Shown here: piece after piece, positions 28,912-36,919 of the stretch
Position numbering within the stretch: the first letter of the stretch is position 1
Layout of the letters: the number at the start of each line of letters is the position of its first letter
Source of the DNA: an uncultured Anaerolineales bacterium
GTDB lineage: Bacteria; Chloroflexota; Anaerolineae; Anaerolineales; JABWBV01
Assembly: GCA_964489525.1 (NCBI GenBank)
Contig: CAZAYY010000015.1
Span: 34,091 to 98,090 of the forward strand
DNA: 64,000 nt
Direction of reading: 5' to 3'
Made by a program: the position numbers and the translations under genes
The notes under the pieces: generated by a model
What the model was told of the DNA's origin: nothing
What the model saw: the letters and a program-made list of their open reading frames with translations, nothing else
Database searches by the model: none

Positions 28912-29913
28912 CTAAATGCCGCTGGAAAAGGTATCTACCAAAAGGTGAACATCGCCGCCCACCGGGTACAAGATGGGACAGGTGCAGCCGCGATCCACAT
29001 ATTCCTTTACTTTGGCTCGGGCTTCAGCGGGCGTGCCGGAGGCCGTAATCCGCTCGATGAGGGCTTCGGGAACCAGGTGCTTGGCTTTTTCAATTTGTTC
29101 ATGCGTGGCAGGCCAACCCAGAATGGATTGAATTTGCTCAACAACATCGGTGGATACCCCTGAAGCCTTGGCAATGTGGGGCTGTTGGGCAAGGTACTGG
29201 CATAACAGGCCGCGGGTGGTGTCAAACGCTTTATCGTGATCGTGGTCCACCGAACAGACAATTAGCTGCGGCCGGTCCAGGTCGTAAACTGAACGACCAG
29301 CCCGGCGCGCACCCGCATCCAGCTGCTGCATGGCATCATCATTGTATTCGGGCGGAACACAGTAATTCAGCACAACGCCATCGGCAATTTCTCCGGTCAT
29401 TTCCATCATTTTCGGACCGGTTGCGCCAATCATAATGGGCACATGACGGGGTTCGCGCCGGCCATGCACGACATCCAGTTCAATACCCTGGACCTGGATA
29501 AATTCTCCCTCAAAAGTCACTCGCTCCATATTGAGCAGTTTTCGCAGCACCAACACCGTTTCGCGCATGGCGGTCAGCGGATTTTTGCGGTGGATTCCCA
29601 CGTTGCGCGCCAGAGGGTCCCACCAGGCACCCAGGCCGCAAATCATCCGGTTGGGGGCGAGGTCATCCAGGGTGAGGAAGGTGGCAGCCAGCAGCCCAAT
29701 GTTGCGGGTCCAGTTGTTAATCACCCCCGACCCAACTTTCAGCCGCTCCGTGACAGCAGCATAGGCAGCCATAGGCACAATGGCATCGCGCACAAGTCGC
29801 GATTCTGCCTGCCAGACTGCTTCGAAACCCTTTTGTTCCGCGTAGCGGACATATTCCAGGCCGTCTCGCAGGTCGTGGGCGTCTTGTAAATAGAGCGCAA
29901 TACGGTTGGTCAT
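28912..29913 (-). CDS. LLM-class (luciferase-like) flavin/F420-dependent oxidoreductase
   Basis: 333 aa with RBS GGAGGA 8 nt upstream. Sequence pattern of the luciferase-like monooxygenase / methylene-H4MPT-reductase-like family ([16 protein letters not shown]..., [25 protein letters not shown]). F420 use is inferred from the neighbouring F420 genes. Confidence 0.8.
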   Translation of the reverse strand: MTNRIALYLQDAHDLRDGLEYVRYAEQKGFEAVWQAESRLVRDAIVPMAAYAAVTERLKVGSGVINNWTRNIGLLAATFLTLDDLAPNRMICGLGAWWDPLARNVGIHRKNPLTAMRETVLVLRKLLNMERVTFEGEFIQVQGIELDVVHGRREPRHVPIMIGATGPKMMEMTGEIADGVVLNYCVPPEYNDDAMQQLDAGARRAGRSVYDLDRPQLIVCSVDHDHDKAFDTTRGLLCQYLAQQPHIAKASGVSTDVVEQIQSILGWPATHEQIEKAKHLVPEALIERITASGTPAEARAKVKEYVDRGCTCPILYPVGGDVHLLVDTFSSGI

Positions 29914-30048
29914 CGCTTATTCCTCCATGAAGTGAAAGGGCCGCCAGGATTGGCGGTGTGAGGGTCACCCGGAGTGACCGCTGGATCGTAATCAGGGTAA
30001 CGGATTTACCCTCCCAGTGGTAGGGTTGGGATATGTTCCGCTGTGTTA

Positions 30049-30077
30049 ATTGTATCGTATCTAAACCGTCATGTCAC
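30049..30077 (-). promoter_or_regulatory. Candidate sigma70-type promoter for the LLM / Mo-hydroxylase operon
   Basis: On the minus strand: GTGACA (30077-30072), a 17-nt spacer, then TACAAT (30054-30049). This predicts a ~128-nt 5' UTR. Confidence 0.4.
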
Positions 30078-30176
30078 CCTGGATGCTCCACAGGCACATG
30101 CCTTGGTTAAAGTTGGGGCTTGGGGCTGGCTCAGGCTGGCTTCGCGGCCTGCGTCAGCCCCAAAATCGTTTTAAAG

Positions 30177-30218
30177 TCCCCTGCCCCAGGCCTGGGGCGG
30201 GGGATTTAGGGAATGGGG
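30177..30218. repeat. Copy of the G/C-tract palindrome family
   Basis: TCCCCTGCCCCAGGCCTGGGGCGGGGGATTTAGGGAATGGGG. The inner hairpin is CCCCTGCCCCAGG/CCTGGGGCGGGGG (one mismatch), with a remnant of the outer right arm (GGGAATGGGG). It lies between the cofC stop and the LLM promoter. Confidence 0.6.
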
Positions 30219-30281
30219 CCCTGGATTTTCACAGGAGTTTCGGACTTTAAGAAACTCCTGTCCACAGGAACACGATAAATT

Positions 30282-30941
30282 TCAAAGGATCAATTCATCA
30301 TAATCATGGTCATCGCTTTGCGAGACGGGCAGTTCAAAATCCATACGCAGCTGCCCGGCAACCATAGCCAGGTCTTCCGGGTAATCGACATCCAGCGCCA
30401 GGGAGGGCAGATCACAAATCACGAGGTTAGCATTGGCAGCCCGGGCACGTTCGCAGTGCCGGAAAAAAGAGTGGGAGCCATAATCAAACTCAATCACATC
30501 CGGCGGGTTGAGATAGAGCACATTCGTGCCTTCGTGATGCCGGTCGGGTGCAATCACCACCGATCTGGGCTTGCTGCCTGCCTGGATGATGCTGACAACA
30601 TCAGCAGGGTCGAGAAAGGGCAGGTCTGCGGGAACCACCAATATTCGAGAGACCTGGTAAGCCTTGGCAATCAATGCCGCACGGGCCAAAGCCACATTCA
30701 ATTCGGGGGTACCATCTTCCAAAAGGGTTTTTGCTTTGGCAGAACGGGCAATGGCCAGGGCCTCCGGGTCGCGGCTGACAACCAAAACATGCTCAATTTG
30801 CTTCACCTTTTGGAGGGCAATGATGGTGTGCAGAAGCAGATTTTTGTTTAACTCGGTTCTTTCATCTTCACTCAACACCCCTGCCAGCCGGGATTTACCC
30901 CTGCGCAGTGGTTTTACAGGAATGATCGCCCACAGGCTCAT
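30282..30941 (-). CDS. cofC: 2-phospho-L-lactate (or PEP) guanylyltransferase CofC/FbiD
   Basis: 219 aa. MSLWAIIPVKPLRRGKSRLAGVLSEDERTELNKNLLLHTI is the characteristic CofC N-terminus. It overlaps cofD by ATGA. Confidence 0.85.
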   Translation of the reverse strand: MSLWAIIPVKPLRRGKSRLAGVLSEDERTELNKNLLLHTIIALQKVKQIEHVLVVSRDPEALAIARSAKAKTLLEDGTPELNVALARAALIAKAYQVSRILVVPADLPFLDPADVVSIIQAGSKPRSVVIAPDRHHEGTNVLYLNPPDVIEFDYGSHSFFRHCERARAANANLVICDLPSLALDVDYPEDLAMVAGQLRMDFELPVSQSDDHDYDELIL

Positions 30942-31891
30942 TGAGTTTTCTCCGGGTTGGGTTGAAAGTGGGCCAACACCTTGCCCGCCAGGGAAACGCG
31001 ATCGTCGGGGGTTTGCATTAAGGTATTGGTAACCAGAACGGGAAGGTTCATTGCTAAAAATTCAGGGAGCAGGTCAACATCCTGCGAATCCATTACATAC
31101 CCGCTTAACAAACTGCCGTAGTGGCGGGCGACTGCGAATGCTGAGGGTGTATAGCCAAGCTCGGCATACATTTTTGCCGCCGGGCCTTTGACCGTTTTTC
31201 CACCAATAATCGGGCTGATGGCCACCACAGGCTTTTGCTGGAGCATTTCGCGGATGCCAGGAATTGCCAGGATTGGATCAATACTCACCCAGGGATTCGA
31301 AGGACAGATTACAACCAGGTCGCTGGCTGCCAATGCATCCAAAACACCAGGTGCCGGCCTGGCAGAAGCGGCATTTTGAAATTCAAAAGCGGTGACCACG
31401 GGTTTGCACTGGCGCTGGACAAAATATTCTTGAAAACCCAAAACACCATCCTGAGTGTGAACCAGGGTGGGAACCGGTTGATCGGTAGCCGGCAGCACCT
31501 TATGCTCGATTCCCCAGGCCTGGCAAAAGCGGCGGGTAATTGAGGAAAGCGGCTCTCCTATGGAAAGGCAGCGAGTGCGCTCCAAATGGGTGGCCAGGTC
31601 ACGATCGCCCAGGCGAAACCAGGATGGCCCGCCCAGGTTGGCAATCGAATCAAAGGCTGCCCAGGTTTCACCCGCCCGACCCCAGCCCGTTTCGGGGTTC
31701 GCCAGCCCGGCCAGGGTGTAGCAAACCGTGTCCAGATCCGGGCATATATTCAGGCCAAAATGGGTGAAATCGTCCCCGGTGTTGACCAGGATGGTTAAAG
31801 AATCCGGGGCCAGGTGAGCAGCCAGCCCATCGGCGAATTTTGCGCCTCCCACCCCTCCTGCCAAAGCAACAACTTTGGAATGATGGATCAT
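30938..31891 (-). CDS. cofD: 2-phospho-L-lactate transferase CofD/FbiA
   Basis: 317 aa. VVALAGGVGGAKFADGL...ILVNTGDDF...GLNICPDLDTVCYTLAG is the CofD signature. Confidence 0.9.
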   Translation of the reverse strand: MIHHSKVVALAGGVGGAKFADGLAAHLAPDSLTILVNTGDDFTHFGLNICPDLDTVCYTLAGLANPETGWGRAGETWAAFDSIANLGGPSWFRLGDRDLATHLERTRCLSIGEPLSSITRRFCQAWGIEHKVLPATDQPVPTLVHTQDGVLGFQEYFVQRQCKPVVTAFEFQNAASARPAPGVLDALAASDLVVICPSNPWVSIDPILAIPGIREMLQQKPVVAISPIIGGKTVKGPAAKMYAELGYTPSAFAVARHYGSLLSGYVMDSQDVDLLPEFLAMNLPVLVTNTLMQTPDDRVSLAGKVLAHFQPNPEKTQ

Positions 31892-32004
31892 TTGAATTTT
31901 CCCTTCATCGGGAATTCCTTTCTGCGAGGTAATTTTCTGGGCGGCAGGGAAGCACCCCAGCCGGAAATGTCAACCGGGAAACAACCCGGAAATTGTTGTT
32001 TCAT
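31888..32004 (-). CDS. Candidate 38-aa small ORF bridging the nitroreductase gene and cofD (hypothetical)
   Basis: MKQQFPGCFPVDISGWGASLPPRKLPRRKEFPMKGKFK. Its ATG overlaps the nitroreductase TGA (ATGA at 32004-32001), and its TGA overlaps the cofD ATG (ATGA at 31891-31888). I recognise no similarity to any known protein. It could be a chance open frame. Confidence 0.25.
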   Translation of the reverse strand: MKQQFPGCFPVDISGWGASLPPRKLPRRKEFPMKGKFK

Positions 32005-32642
32005 ATTAATCTTACTACTTCTTGGACGGGTTGGCGCTCCCTGGGCGGGGGAATCTTTGCGGGATAGCCTAAGAACAGCATCCCTTGGGGCTCCCAATCT
32101 GGCGACAGGCCAAAACACTGCCGGACTGCCTCTGGTGCAAACAGCGGAGCACACACCCAAACCCCGCCTAGGCCCTCGGCATGCGCAGCCAGCAGGATGG
32201 AACCTGCAGCCAGCGCCACACTTTGAACAGCCATGGTATGCTCGCAAGCCTGGCGGATGGGATCGGGATAAACATCCATGACCGACATCACCAGGCAAAA
32301 CAAAACAATCACCGGGGCTTCTGTAATTCGCTGGTGAGAACGGTTAATTTGGGCTTGGATCTGGTCGGCAGGGAAACCACTCGCTGCAAGGTCTGCCGCG
32401 AACGGCACCGCCATTGCTGCAGCAAGGGCTTCTTTTTGGGCGGGTGTGGTGATAATCGCAAACCGCCAGGGTTGGCGGTTGTGGGCAGAAGGTGCGAAAG
32501 TTCCCATTTCGACCAGGCGATAAACCAGGTCCAACGGCACTGGCTGCGGCAAAAACCGGCGCACAGAGCGTCTGCTGCGTAAAAAATCGTGGAAAAAATT
32601 TTCGGGTTGGGCCAAGTTATCCGATTGCGGTGATGTGGTCAA
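32001..32642 (-). CDS. Nitroreductase-family flavoprotein, stand-alone homologue of the FbiB C-terminal domain (putative dehydro-F420-0 reductase)
   Basis: 213 aa. FFHDFLRSRRSVRRFLPQPVP...APSAHNRQPWRF is the nitroreductase N-terminal signature. There is no ATG: the choices are TTG at 32642 or TTG at 32615. Function is inferred from position beside cofE. Confidence 0.75.
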   Translation of the reverse strand: MTTSPQSDNLAQPENFFHDFLRSRRSVRRFLPQPVPLDLVYRLVEMGTFAPSAHNRQPWRFAIITTPAQKEALAAAMAVPFAADLAASGFPADQIQAQINRSHQRITEAPVIVLFCLVMSVMDVYPDPIRQACEHTMAVQSVALAAGSILLAAHAEGLGGVWVCAPLFAPEAVRQCFGLSPDWEPQGMLFLGYPAKIPPPRERQPVQEVVRLI

Positions 32643-33111
32643 GCGAGATTTTGAAAATTACCCGAACTTCACCAGGACGCATACTGTTATACCGCTCCCT
32701 GCCGGTATATTTTTTAGACAGGGCGTCAATATGCTCGCGGCCCCCTTCTTCGGTCCGTTCAACCACTTTGCCGCGAATTTGAATATAGCGGTAAGGGTTG
32801 GCCGGGTCAAATATGGCAATGGCTACCACCGGACGGGCCTGCATATTGCGGTCTTTTGTCCGGCCGACAGCAGTGTTTACCAGGATATACTGGTCATCGG
32901 TGTTGAACCAGACGGGTGTCACCTGGGGCGAGCCATCTTTCATCAACGTTCCAAGAAAAGCAAAAGCCCGGCAGGTGGGTTCGAACAGGTCAAGGTGAGA
33001 TTTGGGAATAAGATCGTGGATTTTTTTCTCTGGCATAGGATAGGTCAATGTTGTTTTTATCAATCTATTTGCCTGCAATCCGCAGGACACCTGAAAGAGA
33101 TTGTACCCCAT
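32617..33111 (-). CDS. PPOX-class (pyridoxamine 5'-phosphate oxidase-like) probable F420-dependent enzyme
   Basis: AFLGTLMKDGSPQVTPVWFNTDDQYILVNTAVGRTKDRNMQARPVVAIAIFDP...RYIQIRGKV is typical of the split-barrel PPOX family. An alternative, possibly better start is ATG 33036 (MPEKKIHDL, 139 aa). Confidence 0.75.
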   Translation of the reverse strand: MGYNLFQVSCGLQANRLIKTTLTYPMPEKKIHDLIPKSHLDLFEPTCRAFAFLGTLMKDGSPQVTPVWFNTDDQYILVNTAVGRTKDRNMQARPVVAIAIFDPANPYRYIQIRGKVVERTEEGGREHIDALSKKYTGRERYNSMRPGEVRVIFKISLDHITAIG

Positions 33112-33119
33112 CCCAACGC

Positions 33120-33872
33120 TTAGCGGAAAAGATCGCTTTCATGAGGGCGAATGAGCTCTTGCAAACTGCCTTCGCTCAACCGGTAAGGGAAACCTCTGGC
33201 GTGAATGACCGGCGTGCCTTCGGCGGCCTGCCCCATCACCAGCGAGGCAGCTGCGGCCAATTCATCGGCGGCACCCACCAGGGTGGCCTGCAAGGTATAT
33301 CCAAATAAATCAGGTTCACCCCGCAAATCCACCAGTCCGGGAATCCCTGAAAAACCAATCGAGATGCCCACAGTGCCCATCCGCCAGGCGCGCCCGTGGG
33401 AATCAATAATCATAACCCCCAGGCGAACCCCGAAGTGCGCCTCCAACTGGGAGCGTAAACAGGCTGCGCTGGCATCGGGGTTTTCCGGCAGCAGCAAAAC
33501 TGTCTCTTCCTGGCCCGTTACGTTTGAATGATCAATTCCAGCATTGGCACAAACAAATCCCAGGCGGTGTTCAACAATAATCAACCCGGGGCGAGTGCGC
33601 AGAACAGAATGGCTCTCGCTCAAAATCAGCTCCAGCAAACGCGGGTCTTTGCCCGTTTCTGCAGCCAGTTGGAAAGCACGTTCGGAAGGGGAAACCTCCC
33701 TTAAAGAAACCTGCCGGCCCTCGGTTTTGGAGACAATTTTTTGGGCCAGGATGAAAATATCGCCATCCAGCGGCTGGATCTTAGTCTGTTCAACTGCCTG
33801 GATGATGATTTCAGCAAGGTTGCTGCTTTGGCCGATGATAGGAATTCCGAGCAGCGCAGTAAGTTGGAGCAT
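33120..33872 (-). CDS. cofE: Coenzyme F420-0:L-glutamate ligase CofE
   Basis: 250 aa. DGDIFILAQKIVSKTEGR...VCANAGIDHSNV...MIIDSHGRAWRMGTVGISIG is the CofE/FbiB N-terminal domain signature. Confidence 0.9.
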   Translation of the reverse strand: MLQLTALLGIPIIGQSSNLAEIIIQAVEQTKIQPLDGDIFILAQKIVSKTEGRQVSLREVSPSERAFQLAAETGKDPRLLELILSESHSVLRTRPGLIIVEHRLGFVCANAGIDHSNVTGQEETVLLLPENPDASAACLRSQLEAHFGVRLGVMIIDSHGRAWRMGTVGISIGFSGIPGLVDLRGEPDLFGYTLQATLVGAADELAAAASLVMGQAAEGTPVIHARGFPYRLSEGSLQELIRPHESDLFR

Positions 33873-33874
33873 TC

Positions 33875-34549
33875 TCAGGCCTCTTCACCGGGCAGCCCGG
33901 TCAGCCGGACGCTGGCATGTTTGATTTTATAATACTTATTCAAACTGATTAGAATCGAAGTCAGGCCTTCAACCACCACCGCGTTTTCCAGGCCGCCTGC
34001 ATAAAAAGCGCGCATATCTGCGCCCCGGATCAATTGAATCACTTCTTCGGCAGCAGGCAGGTCGTCAGCGCAAACCAGTACATCAAAATCCAACGGTTGG
34101 TCGAGGTTGTTCTTAAGCGCATTGGCAGGGACGTTTTGCAGAGCCGCAACCACCCGAACACCGGGACCCAGGATATCCTGAGCAATTCTGCCAGCCGAAG
34201 GAGGGGCAGGCGGCAGCGGGTTTTTGTATTCCACCCGGGCGGTGGCATCCACCAAAACTTTTTCTTGCAAGGCGTCTTTCAGCCCCATCAGGGCTTCCTG
34301 GTGGGCTGCCTGAACAACCGTCAACACACAGATATCGGCGGCCCGGGCAGCAGATTCGTTTTCCATACCCACCACCGTATCCAGGCCAAGCGCCTGGTTC
34401 ACCTGTTCGGCTGCTGCCTGGGCTTTTTCAAGGCTGCGTGAGCCAATTATCACCTGATAGCCATTTTTCGCCCAGCGCAGCGCCAGGCCTGTGCCCTCTT
34501 TTCCGGTTCCCCCTAAAATTGCAATTTTCAGTAAGATATGTTCTCTCAT
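33875..34549 (-). CDS. npdG: NADPH-dependent F420 reductase
   Basis: 224 aa. KIAILGGTGKEGTGLALRWAKNGYQVIIGSRSLEKAQ is the NpdG/Fno N-terminal Rossmann signature. Confidence 0.85.
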   Translation of the reverse strand: MREHILLKIAILGGTGKEGTGLALRWAKNGYQVIIGSRSLEKAQAAAEQVNQALGLDTVVGMENESAARAADICVLTVVQAAHQEALMGLKDALQEKVLVDATARVEYKNPLPPAPPSAGRIAQDILGPGVRVVAALQNVPANALKNNLDQPLDFDVLVCADDLPAAEEVIQLIRGADMRAFYAGGLENAVVVEGLTSILISLNKYYKIKHASVRLTGLPGEEA

Positions 34550-34570
34550 AAAAAGGACTCCTGATTGGGT

Positions 34571-35923
34571 TTATTGACGTACAAAATGCCGATACCGCTC
34601 CCAAACGTGGGGAGCCAGGGCACGGGCTTCGCTGGCAATGGCTTCTTCGTCCATGGTGAGCAGCTGCCGGTTGTGCATCAACAACTGGCCAGCGACCATG
34701 GTTGTGGTCACCATGCGTTCGTGAAAACCAAACACAACGTGCCAGGGCAGATTATCGGGTGAAAAGGGGGTGTGCGGATGATAGTCCACAAAAACCAGGT
34801 CGGCCACAGCCCCTTCGGTCAATTCACCAATGTGCTGGCCTGGGAAACAGCTGTCCGCAAGAGCAGTGTTGTTGCGCACCAGAAACCGGTAGAGTAAATC
34901 ACCTGGCATTCGCCGGGGGTCGCGAGAAGCAACCTTGGGAAGCATGTAGGCAAACCGGGCTTCTTCCCACATGCTGTGCGGGAACCCGTCCGTTCCAAGA
35001 CAAACTTTCACACCCAACCTGGCCAGGCCTTCGATTTGGGCAACCCCCACACCATTGTTCATGTTCGATCGGGGCTGGTGGCTGACCCAGGCTCCTGTTT
35101 CCGCCAGGATGGCAGCCTCGCGCAGATCAATATGGACAGCGTGAGCAACAATCGTTTTCGGGTTAAGAATCCCCAGGCGATGCAGCCGGTCTATCACCCG
35201 GGTCCCCGACCGGGCAAGGCTGTCATACTCGTCGGCTTCATGCTCGGCAACATGGATGTGAAAACCAGCACCATAGGGAACCGCATCAACACAGCGGAAA
35301 AGGGTTTCGTCGGAAAGGGTCAGGCTGGCATGCAGGCCGAAAATGGCTCCCAATCTACCGGTGGAATTTTGGGCAGCCGCCTGAATAAACCGGATGTTTT
35401 CATCAATGCCAGCCTGGGCCTTGGCCTGTCCGTCGCGGTCGGTCACCTCGTAGCACAAAACTGCCCTTACCCCAGCACTTTCAACAGCCTGGGCAATCGC
35501 ATCCAGCGAGCCAGAAATCGCATTCGGGGAGGCGTGGTGGTCAAACAATGTGGTTGTACCATTGCGAATGGCATCCACCAACATCACCTGGGCAGACAGG
35601 CGCACGGCCGGTTCATCCAGGGCTTTGTCGAGCGGCCACCATAATTTCTCCAAAATCTCTGGAAAATCCTTTGGGGCAGGCCCTGGAATGGCCATCCCCC
35701 TGGCAAAAGCACCGTAAAAATGGGTGTGGGCGCAAACTGCCCCCGGCATGACATACTGCCCCAAGGCATCCAGCACCAGCTCGTCCGGGTGCTCAGCCAG
35801 GAGTTCGGCCTGGGGCAAAATTTTCTGAATAATGTTCCCCTCAATCAGCATGGCGTGGTTTTCCAAAATGCGGCAGTTTTCGCCCTGGGTGACAATTTTT
35901 CCATTGGTGATTAACATAGGCAC
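34571..35923 (-). CDS. Amidohydrolase-superfamily enzyme, SsnA-like putative aminohydrolase
   Basis: 450 aa. VMPGAVCAHTHFYGAFARGMAIPG (HxH metal site), with GFHIHVAEH and a downstream GTDG region. N-terminal pattern and length match what I recall of SsnA/chlorohydrolase-type deaminases. Substrate unknown. Confidence 0.75.
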   Translation of the reverse strand: MPMLITNGKIVTQGENCRILENHAMLIEGNIIQKILPQAELLAEHPDELVLDALGQYVMPGAVCAHTHFYGAFARGMAIPGPAPKDFPEILEKLWWPLDKALDEPAVRLSAQVMLVDAIRNGTTTLFDHHASPNAISGSLDAIAQAVESAGVRAVLCYEVTDRDGQAKAQAGIDENIRFIQAAAQNSTGRLGAIFGLHASLTLSDETLFRCVDAVPYGAGFHIHVAEHEADEYDSLARSGTRVIDRLHRLGILNPKTIVAHAVHIDLREAAILAETGAWVSHQPRSNMNNGVGVAQIEGLARLGVKVCLGTDGFPHSMWEEARFAYMLPKVASRDPRRMPGDLLYRFLVRNNTALADSCFPGQHIGELTEGAVADLVFVDYHPHTPFSPDNLPWHVVFGFHERMVTTTMVAGQLLMHNRQLLTMDEEAIASEARALAPHVWERYRHFVRQ

Positions 35924-35944
35924 TCCTTTTACGAGTCAGGAACC

Positions 35945-36577
35945 TCAATCAAAAGCTGGGGGCAGGGTGGGGTCAACCAGCCGGGCGAACAAATCTCGCA
36001 AATGCCGGGGGTGCGTTCGCGCCACAGACAAGGCAGGGATTTGATCGGGCTCAAAATAACGGGCATCACTGGTTTCGCTGCTGGGAGCAAGGCTGCCCCC
36101 CAGGGCCTCACACAGAAAAACAACTTTATATGCATGGTAAAACGCCAGGGGGGTTCCACCCCGATTGGCATCATAAACCCCAATCACCCTGATAGGGGTC
36201 ACAATCAAACCTGCCTCTTCGCGCACTTCACGAGTGACCATTTGCGAGGGAGTTTCCCCCACATCCGCCCATCCTCCCGGCAAACACCATTTCCCATCAG
36301 AACGTTCTTGTACCAACAGAACATTTCCACCCTGCATAACCGCGCCCCGTACGTCCACCTTGGGGGTGGCGTAGCCGGGCTGATCAAAAAACGACCGGGC
36401 GAAGGTTTCTTCGTCCAGGTTTGAATGGGCTGCAGATATTTCAGCGGCAATCTGCATCAAGCGTTGGTAGCGCTCCTGCTGGTAGGGGTTTTCGGCGTAA
36501 TGCAGGCCAGTTTGGGATAGCGCCTGGATTTCTTGAGCCCATAACAACCAGCGGGAGGGGGAAGATTGACCCGACAT
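35945..36577 (-). CDS. NUDIX hydrolase with N-terminal Nudix_N helical domain
   Basis: Nudix box GGWADVGETPSQMVTREVREEAGL. N-terminal WLLWAQEIQALSQTGLHYAENPYQQERYQRL. I prefer ATG 36577 (MSGQSS), with GAGG 5 nt upstream. The track start at 36622 is a GTG. Confidence 0.8.
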   Translation of the reverse strand: MSGQSSPSRWLLWAQEIQALSQTGLHYAENPYQQERYQRLMQIAAEISAAHSNLDEETFARSFFDQPGYATPKVDVRGAVMQGGNVLLVQERSDGKWCLPGGWADVGETPSQMVTREVREEAGLIVTPIRVIGVYDANRGGTPLAFYHAYKVVFLCEALGGSLAPSSETSDARYFEPDQIPALSVARTHPRHLRDLFARLVDPTLPPAFD

Positions 36578-36919
36578 GAAAACCTCATTGGTTAGGGAAT
36601 CAGGGTCCATTTGAACCCACACAGAACCAATTGCGATTAAAAGATTGCTCCGATTCTGTATGATTCATTATACAATCAATGCCCCAGTCGGGACACCTGT
36701 TTTTTTACCCAGGCTTAAGTATATTCTCAGCGATTTATCAATTTTTCAAAATACAATGATCTTTGAGACAAGGCATTGTATCCTCGTAAAAATATCACAC
36801 CAACATCCTTTTGCGGCCTGTCCATAAGAAACAACCGAAAACACAGAATCAGGGTAGCAGCTCACCCACACCTTTGGGACTGAGTTGTTCCCATTCAGGT
36901 TCAAATCAAGGAGTCCATC

